DNA of 42,135 nt, from the NCBI RefSeq assembly GCF_001194135.2, contig NC_068982.1, positions 92,661,708 through 92,703,842 of the forward strand, written 5' to 3'. Shown one piece after another: positions 35,412 to 42,135 of the stretch. A model generated the notes under the pieces. The model did no database searches. It had not been told where the DNA came from and was given only the letters and a program-made list of their open reading frames with translations. The position numbers and the translations under genes are program-made. The stretch comes from Octopus bimaculoides (lineage: Eukaryota). Position 1 is the first letter of the stretch. Each line of letters opens with the position of its first letter.

Positions 35412-35463
35412 CTTTGGTTGAGGACAGTCAATTTCTTCCACAACATTCAAAATGTCACAATAT
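35412..35463 (-). CDS. WEE1: WEE1 short linker exon (most 5' exon found)
   Basis: ttttcag acceptor and gtaagg donor, 52 nt, phase compatible. Encodes YCDILNVVEEIDCPQPK. Confidence 0.75.
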
Positions 35464-35919
35464 CTGAAAAAAGTTTGAAGACAATTGTTTGTTAAAAGTA
35501 GCAAGTTACTTGTAAAATAATAAACTGTAAATAATTTTTCCTAAAATTTATTCATTTTCTTCAAAATCTAACAGCTTTTCCACCCCTTGTTTTTCACAGT
35601 TGCTTTATGGTACCAAATATGACAATTGAATTTTATTCCAAGTTAAAATACATGCTAGTCTTAGTACTAATATGTGGAACATCTGTAAAGATTTTAATAA
35701 ATACTTCATAAATGCTCAACAATATCAATATTGGGATTTTAAAATTTTAAGTGGCATTATTAAATAACTTTCAAAAGAAGAGAAAATGGAAATAAGTTTA
35801 CTCAGAGAAAAAAATTTTGATTTGAATTGAATCTTGAAATCAACTGGTAAATTCTTACAAATTTTAAGTAAAAAACCATTAATATTCAGTTCTGACGTTT
35901 ATCAACAACAAAGAAAAGG

Positions 35920-36050
35920 AATGTCCCCCACCACCACTATGGCTAACCTGGGGTTACAGGTCTTCAACTAGAAGGTGCTACATAGTGGGACTGAACCTAA
36001 AAACCATGCGGTTGGGAAGCAAACCTCTTAACCAATTAGTCATGCCTGCA
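35920..36050 (-). mobile_element. SINE family B 5' fragment
   Basis: gcaggcatgactaattggttaagagg...caaccgcatggtttttaggttcagtccc on the minus strand. Confidence 0.6.
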
Positions 36051-36279
36051 TAAAAGAGGAGTCCTGACATGACCACATTTTATTAATGATCCTTGGTAAA
36101 AGTAAGGCATTGACTTGTTTACTTAAGTTTCCACAGTCAAGTATTATGTAAAATGTCTTTTATTTGATTTAAAGGAAGTCCAACACCGGTTTAGATTTTG
36201 TTGTTGCTTAGGATCAGCACTGTAAATCAGTGATAGGTTGTGGAATGCTAAAGACAAGCAAAGAGGGTTGTCTTTAGTA

Positions 36280-36600
36280 AATTAAAACTGGCACTCCGTC
36301 GCTTACGACGACGAGGGTTCCAGTTGATCCGATCAACGGAGCAGCCTGCTCGTGAAATTAACGTGTATGTGTCTGAGCACTCCACAGACACGTATACCAT
36401 TAACGTAGTTCTCGGGGTTATTCAGCGTGACAGAGTGTGACAAGGCTGGCCCTTTGAATTACAGGCACAACAGAGACAGGAAGAAAGAGAGAAAGTTGTG
36501 GTGAAAGAGTACAGCAGGGTTCGCCACAATCGCCTGCCGGAGCCTCGATCCTATGACCGCGAGTCCGCTGCCCTAACCACTGGGCCATTGCCCCTCCACT
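36280..36600 (-). mobile_element. tRNA-derived SINE (family C) with 14-bp target site duplication
   Basis: ggttgtctttagta occurs at 36266-36279 and 36601-36614. The head gtggaggggcaatggcccagtggttagggcagcggactcgcggtcataggatcg is tRNA-like and CpG-rich. Confidence 0.9.
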
Positions 36601-37741
36601 GGTTGTCTTTAGTACATTCCACAAAAATGATGAAAAATACAAAGGTAGAGTAATTAAAAGAGACTGGCTTATGGCCATTAGAGATGTGAAGGTTAGAATG
36701 TGATTAAGATTGGGCACAGAATGGAGGGGCAGAAATTAAAAACATTTTTCCTGTGTGTTACTAGTAAAACTTGCATTGATTATATATATATATTTTTCCC
36801 TTGGAAAAATAGGGATTAGTTCAGGAAGGGTAAGGATGGAGAAAGGGGCTAAAATTAAAGGAAAAAAGAAAAGAAAAGAAAAAAAAGAATATATAATTTC
36901 CTGTGTGTGAAATTGTTAAAGTAAATATTATTTACGATAAATTTTGCACAACTTCTCACTACAGTTTGCCTGCACTGAGCACGTCACTCATTCCCACTAT
37001 AATTGCTGTTTTAGTTGACTCGGCTAGCATGACCAATGTGAAACACATTGCATTTTATGTAAGACTAGCTGGCCCCATGCCATCAAAAATGACAGCTAAT
37101 TGTAGTATCTTATATATAATTAGGGATGGTAAATCAAATTAATACACTTGTCAATGTTCACATACTTCCTTTGTACATGCACACACATATACTCAGAGTT
37201 GAAATGCTGTTAGATTTTTTTTTCAGCGTTGAATGTTCCCCATCCCATCAGTTTGCCATTCACCCCTTCCTTCATGTTGTGACGGAGAAAAACACGAGTA
37301 TTATAATAGTAGATAAGATTAGCTAAGCATTAAGAAATCAGAATGAACTTTCAAATACAAAAGACAAACAGAACAAGTAGAGACACTACAGCGAGAGATT
37401 AGCAAAACTGTTGGATAATTTACAACACTTCAAACTATTTCATTTAGCTTTGAGACAAATGCCAAAAATAAACAGAACGACTAACTCATACCAAATGATT
37501 TAGAAAGTAAATCTTATAAATTGGAACAAATTCAACAGCTTCAAGCTCTCACATAGAAAAAGTTCACAGACACACACACATATATAAGTATTGTTGATAG
37601 TTTTATTCAAGTTTGCCCATTTCCCACTGTTGGCAAAGCGGAATTTTTCTTTATTTCTTAAAAAAGTATTTCAGTTTTAGTTTCAAACAACTCAAATTTT
37701 AGTAGCAGACAATTGGTTAATGCTTACAAGTCCACCGGCAC

Positions 37742-38318
37742 NNNNNNNNNNNNNNNNNNNNNNNNNNNNNNNNNNNNNNNNNNNNNNNNNNNNNNNNNNN
37801 NNNNNNNNNNNNNNNNNNNNNNNNNNNNNNNNNNNNNNNNNNNNNNNNNNNNNNNNNNNNNNNNNNNNNNNNNNNNNNNNNNNNNNNNNNNNNNNNNNNN
37901 NNNNNNNNNNNNNNNNNNNNNNNNNNNNNNNNNNNNNNNNNNNNNNNNNNNNNNNNNNNNNNNNNNNNNNNNNNNNNNNNNNNNNNNNNNNNNNNNNNNN
38001 NNNNNNNNNNNNNNNNNNNNNNNNNNNNNNNNNNNNNNNNNNNNNNNNNNNNNNNNNNNNNNNNNNNNNNNNNNNNNNNNNNNNNNNNNNNNNNNNNNNN
38101 NNNNNNNNNNNNNNNNNNNNNNNNNNNNNNNNNNNNNNNNNNNNNNNNNNNNNNNNNNNNNNNNNNNNNNNNNNNNNNNNNNNNNNNNNNNNNNNNNNNN
38201 NNNNNNNNNNNNNNNNNNNNNNNNNNNNNNNNNNNNNNNNNNNNNNNNNNNNNNNNNNNNNNNNNNNNNNNNNNNNNNNNNNNNNNNNNNNNNNNNNNNN
38301 NNNNNNNNNNNNNNNNNN
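37742..38318. other. Assembly gap
   Basis: Run of N. Confidence 1.
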
Positions 38319-38819
38319 ATGGATATTATTTAATAAAATTTTCTGCAAATATGAACTTGTTTAGAAACACCCCCCAATTGTTTCTCCCCAAAATTCCTAT
38401 GTCCTTGGAATTTACATAGACTGAGGTACATTTGTAGAGAATTTCATGAAAAACTCCAGTTTCTGAAAGTTAAGACGAATTGGACTCCGGAGAATTTTCT
38501 GAATTTTCCCACTTGACTCCCTCCTCAAACACTAACCCCCCCCCCATTTTTTGGGGGGATATTCGGAATCTGCATAATATAACATATATTCGTAGAAAAT
38601 TTCATTTAAAAATATCCATTTTTCTGAAAGTTATGATCATCCAAAATCGGGTGGTGGCAGAAATTTGTAGCCCAGTAATATACCAAAATTTCATGAAACA
38701 TTTGATATTCGATGGGTCTTTTTATGTGGGTCAAGGATTCCCTCAATTTTTATCCAAGATAGAAAGGCGATGGATGTTCATCAAGAAGAAAGGTGACATT
38801 ATGGAGTTACTCCTTTACT

Positions 38820-39120
38820 TGTTTCAGCCACTTGACTGCGGCCACGCTGGAGCACCGCCTTGAAGGGCTTTAGCCGAACGAAACGACCACTTATTTTTGA
38901 AGCCTAGTACTTATTCTATTGTTGTTGTTTTTTTTGTCGAACTGCTAAGTTATGGGGGATGTAAACACCGCAAGGGTTGGGTTCCAAATTCCACCAGAAC
39001 ACATGACGAAGGCTGGAAGAGTACATCAGCCGAAACGTTGTGATAACAAACACGATGAGGATAAGCGGTGACAGGGTGTCAAACACAGACACACACATAG
39101 ATACATACATGCATATATAT
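38820..39120 (-). mobile_element. SINE family B 3' part interrupted by a hammerhead-like Penelope fragment (about 38975-39070, + strand)
   Basis: Flanks match the reverse complement of 40980-41180. The insert matches 18851-18940. Confidence 0.65.
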
Positions 39121-39858
39121 ATAGGCTGACTTCGTAGACGGAGATTTTTCAGATTTCTTTTCACGGTGCCCTAGGAAATGATCTGGAGTATCTGTTTTAC
39201 AAAAAACGTATCTTCCCTTCTTTGGAGCGATTGTAGTCAATTTTGTGGGCACCATGCACTTAAAATCCATGTATAACTACAGATTTCTGCCCCACCGATT
39301 TTGGATGATCATAACTTTCAGAAAAATGAATATTTTTTAATGAAATTTTCTACGAATATGTATTATATCATGTAGATTACGAATATACAAACTTGGGGGA
39401 GGCGGGAATACACACGAACGAAGTCTCATGAAGTTTTTGTTCTTCCTGAACGAAGAAGAGAAACATTATTGAATATCGTGTTTACTTCTATCAGAATTGT
39501 TTAACTTTAAAGCGAAAAAGCATATATAGGCTGACTTCGGAGTTAGGAAGCATCAATCAACAAGTCGGAATTTCTCCGTTTTGACGGAGATTTTTCAGAT
39601 TTCTTTTCACGGTGCCCATGGAAATGATCTGGAGTATCTGTTTTACAAAAAACTTATCTTTCCTTCTCTGGATCGATTGTGGTCAATTCTGTGGGCACCA
39701 TGCACTTAAAATCCAGGCATAACTACAGATCTCTGCCCCACCGACTTTGGATGATCATTACTTTCAGAAAAATGGATATTTTTTAATGAAATTTTCTACG
39801 AATATTTGTTTTATCATGTAGATTCCGAATATATAAACGTTTTTTTTTTATTGGGGGG

Positions 39859-40061
39859 NNNNNNNNNNNNNNNNNNNNNNNNNNNNNNNNNNNNNNNNNN
39901 NNNNNNNNNNNNNNNNNNNNNNNNNNNNNNNNNNNNNNNNNNNNNNNNNNNNNNNNNNNNNNNNNNNNNNNNNNNNNNNNNNNNNNNNNNNNNNNNNNNN
40001 NNNNNNNNNNNNNNNNNNNNNNNNNNNNNNNNNNNNNNNNNNNNNNNNNNNNNNNNNNNNN
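39859..40061. other. Assembly gap
   Basis: Run of N. Confidence 1.
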
Positions 40062-40836
40062 GTATACATGAACGAAGTCCCATGAAGTTTTTATTCTTTC
40101 TGAATGAAGAACACAAACATTATTGAATATCGTGTGGCAAGACTTCCTTTTGTACTCCCTTTTTTCTGTTCATTCGCACGAGCACACACAAACAGAGAAG
40201 CCGTTAATTTTCACTTTTAGACAGCGGGATGGAGTGGCGAGGGGTGTATGAATCAATTTTGGAGTTTCTTCATAGAGAATTTGAAATTAATTGAGAACTG
40301 AAGTTAAGCAAGAACAACTTACAACTGTCAGCAGTCTACTGTTTATCAGATATGCTACGGTATACTGGAGTGGGAGATAGTGGTAGTAAGAGAAAAAGAA
40401 AGAGTAAGCAATAGTAAAGTGCACACACATATCAAAATAGCTGCTGACCTTGACAGGGAAAATTCATTTCCAACCCAGCAGTCAACCCAGTCTCATCTCA
40501 CTCGTACCTCTCCGCACCTGTTAACGTTTGAATTTTAGACCGTTGTCAAAGGAAACCATCTGGTACAGAATTTACCATTTGATATCCAAAACTGAAGTTA
40601 CCTCAGTTCTATATGATAAAAGCTTTCTACTTTAAAGCAATTAAAATTAATACATTCCATCAAAATTTCTTACTAATTTAAGTGCCAATTACCAGATGAA
40701 TAATGACAAAGCTATTTTCCTATTATTTCCAAATTTATTTGAAATAAAGACGGTATATTTCTATAGAAATATCGAAAGGGTTTAGAGCTAAATAGTAAAA
40801 CTGACATCAATAAACACGCATATATATAAATATATA

Positions 40837-41180
40837 GGCGCAGGATTGGCTGTGTGGTAAGTAGCTTGTTTACCAGCCACATAGTTCCGGGTTCAGTCCC
40901 ACTGCGTGGCACTTTGGGCAAGTGTCTTCAACTACAGCCTCGGGCCCACCAAAGCCTTGTGAGTGGATTTGGTAGACCGTCGTATATATGTATACATATA
41001 TGTGTGTTTGTCCCCCACCCCCAACATCGCTTGACAACCGATGCTGGTGTGTTTACGTCCCCGTAACTTAGCGGTTCGGCAAAAGAGACCAATAGAATAA
41101 GTACTAGGCTTACAAAGAATAAGTCCTGGAGTCGATTTGCTCGACTAAAGGCGGTGCTCAAATGACTGAAACAAGTAAAA
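40837..41180 (+). mobile_element. Near full-length tRNA-derived SINE (family B)
   Basis: ggcgcaggattggctgtgtggtaagtagcttg...gggttcagtcccactgcgtggcac...gtccccgtaacttagcggttcggcaaaagagacc...ggcggtgctc. Confidence 0.85.
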
Positions 41181-42135
41181 GAGATATAATCTTTCTTGGA
41201 ACTTGTTTTATGCTATATAAAATTACAGGCCAACGATAAATGATGGATAAAACTTTACAAAATAATGTACTTTTAAGGAATTAGAAAGGAACTTTTATTT
41301 TCTGTTCATCACCAACTATTAGTTATTTAGTTCTAGGTCAGCCCTGACAGAGTAGACTTATAATAAAAAGCATTCCGACTATGCCGCCGCATCTTTTAAG
41401 GCCATTCGGGATTATATTATTCGAAGTGTCTTTCCTTCTTCATTTATGACCACTGAATATGATTGAAGAGACATTTGGCAGCGCTTTTTCGTTATTAATT
41501 ATAGCGCAGACTTTTCAAACTGAATGGAAAACAGTGCGAGTATGCACACGTACACACATCAGTCCATACAATAAGTTTGGATTCCCCACTCGACTTTGTT
41601 TCTTCTAAACTTTTTGTAAAGAGGAGATTCGGTACATTCTCCACTCCTCCGACTGTGTTTCTCCAAAACAGTCTTTAAATGTGCATATTTTTTAAAATGA
41701 CATCTTACAGGAAAGGCGTCATCGAAAGTACAAAATTACGTAATGTAAGACGTTTGAAATAAATCTGAGGTGAAAAAAATGTTTAAAATGCTAATGTCAT
41801 GGAATTTACTAGTCGAGGGTAGAATGATCCGAAACTCTTTAAATAAACAAAAAATCCATGGGAAACGTATCTCTCAAAATTTCATTAAAAATATACATTT
41901 TTTAGAAAGTTATGAGGAAACAAAATTGAAGTGGGGAGGGGGAGGGGGAGGACATCAAATTGTAATTATGTTATAAATATACACGAACATCGATGATTAT
42001 CTTGATATAGCGTCACAATTTCTCAAACTTTGTCTCTCAGGACGTAGAGATATCAATAATTGCAGTGGAGTGGAAAGCTCTCTCCTTCTCTCTCTCTCTC
42101 CCACAAACGACCTTATATATATATATAAAAATGAG

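Larger units (their letters stand above)
38530..40137. repeat. Locally repeated non-coding block: one inverted copy (about 38530-38680) and two direct copies (about 39113-39480 and 39521-40137)
   Basis: Shared segments such as gatgatcataactttcagaaaaatg(g/a)atattttttaatgaaattttctacgaatat and atataggctgacttcg. A related sequence is at 41860-41990. Confidence 0.8.

Noticed and set aside
36287-36600. tRNA gene-like heads in SINEs (also 14631 and 40837)
   Set aside because: No complete cloverleaf; the heads continue into repeated SINE bodies.
41560-41740. Minus-strand open frame (FCTFDDAFPVRCHFKKYAHLKTVLEKHSRR...) as a possible WEE1 5' exon
   Set aside because: No ATG or acceptor, no compatible donor, and no Wee1 N-terminal motifs.

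Overview
AT-rich eukaryotic intronic/intergenic DNA with five assembly gaps and many microsatellites. The SINE, RTE and Penelope repeat content suggests a cephalopod (Octopus-like) genome; this is inference, not a database result. Two spliced genes were reconstructed by hand. A COX19-like twin-CX9C gene lies on + (two coding exons, 9456-9567 and 20464-20545; first exon not found). A WEE1 kinase gene lies on - (nine coding exons from 35463 to the stop at 24721, 364 codons of linker, kinase domain and C-tail; N-terminal exons not found). The two genes converge tail-to-tail. The rest is mostly decayed mobile DNA: a Gypsy integrase remnant, RTE and CR1/L2 LINE fragments, several SINE families (two copies with clean TSDs), a foldback element, and Penelope-like remnants with a GIY-YIG motif and hammerhead-ribozyme-like cores. 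Most ORFs in the supplied track are artefacts of gaps, microsatellites or repeats. No clearly new multi-gene system is evident. The best leads are the hammerhead/Penelope structures and unusual WEE1 residues, including a candidate A-to-I restorative recoding site.
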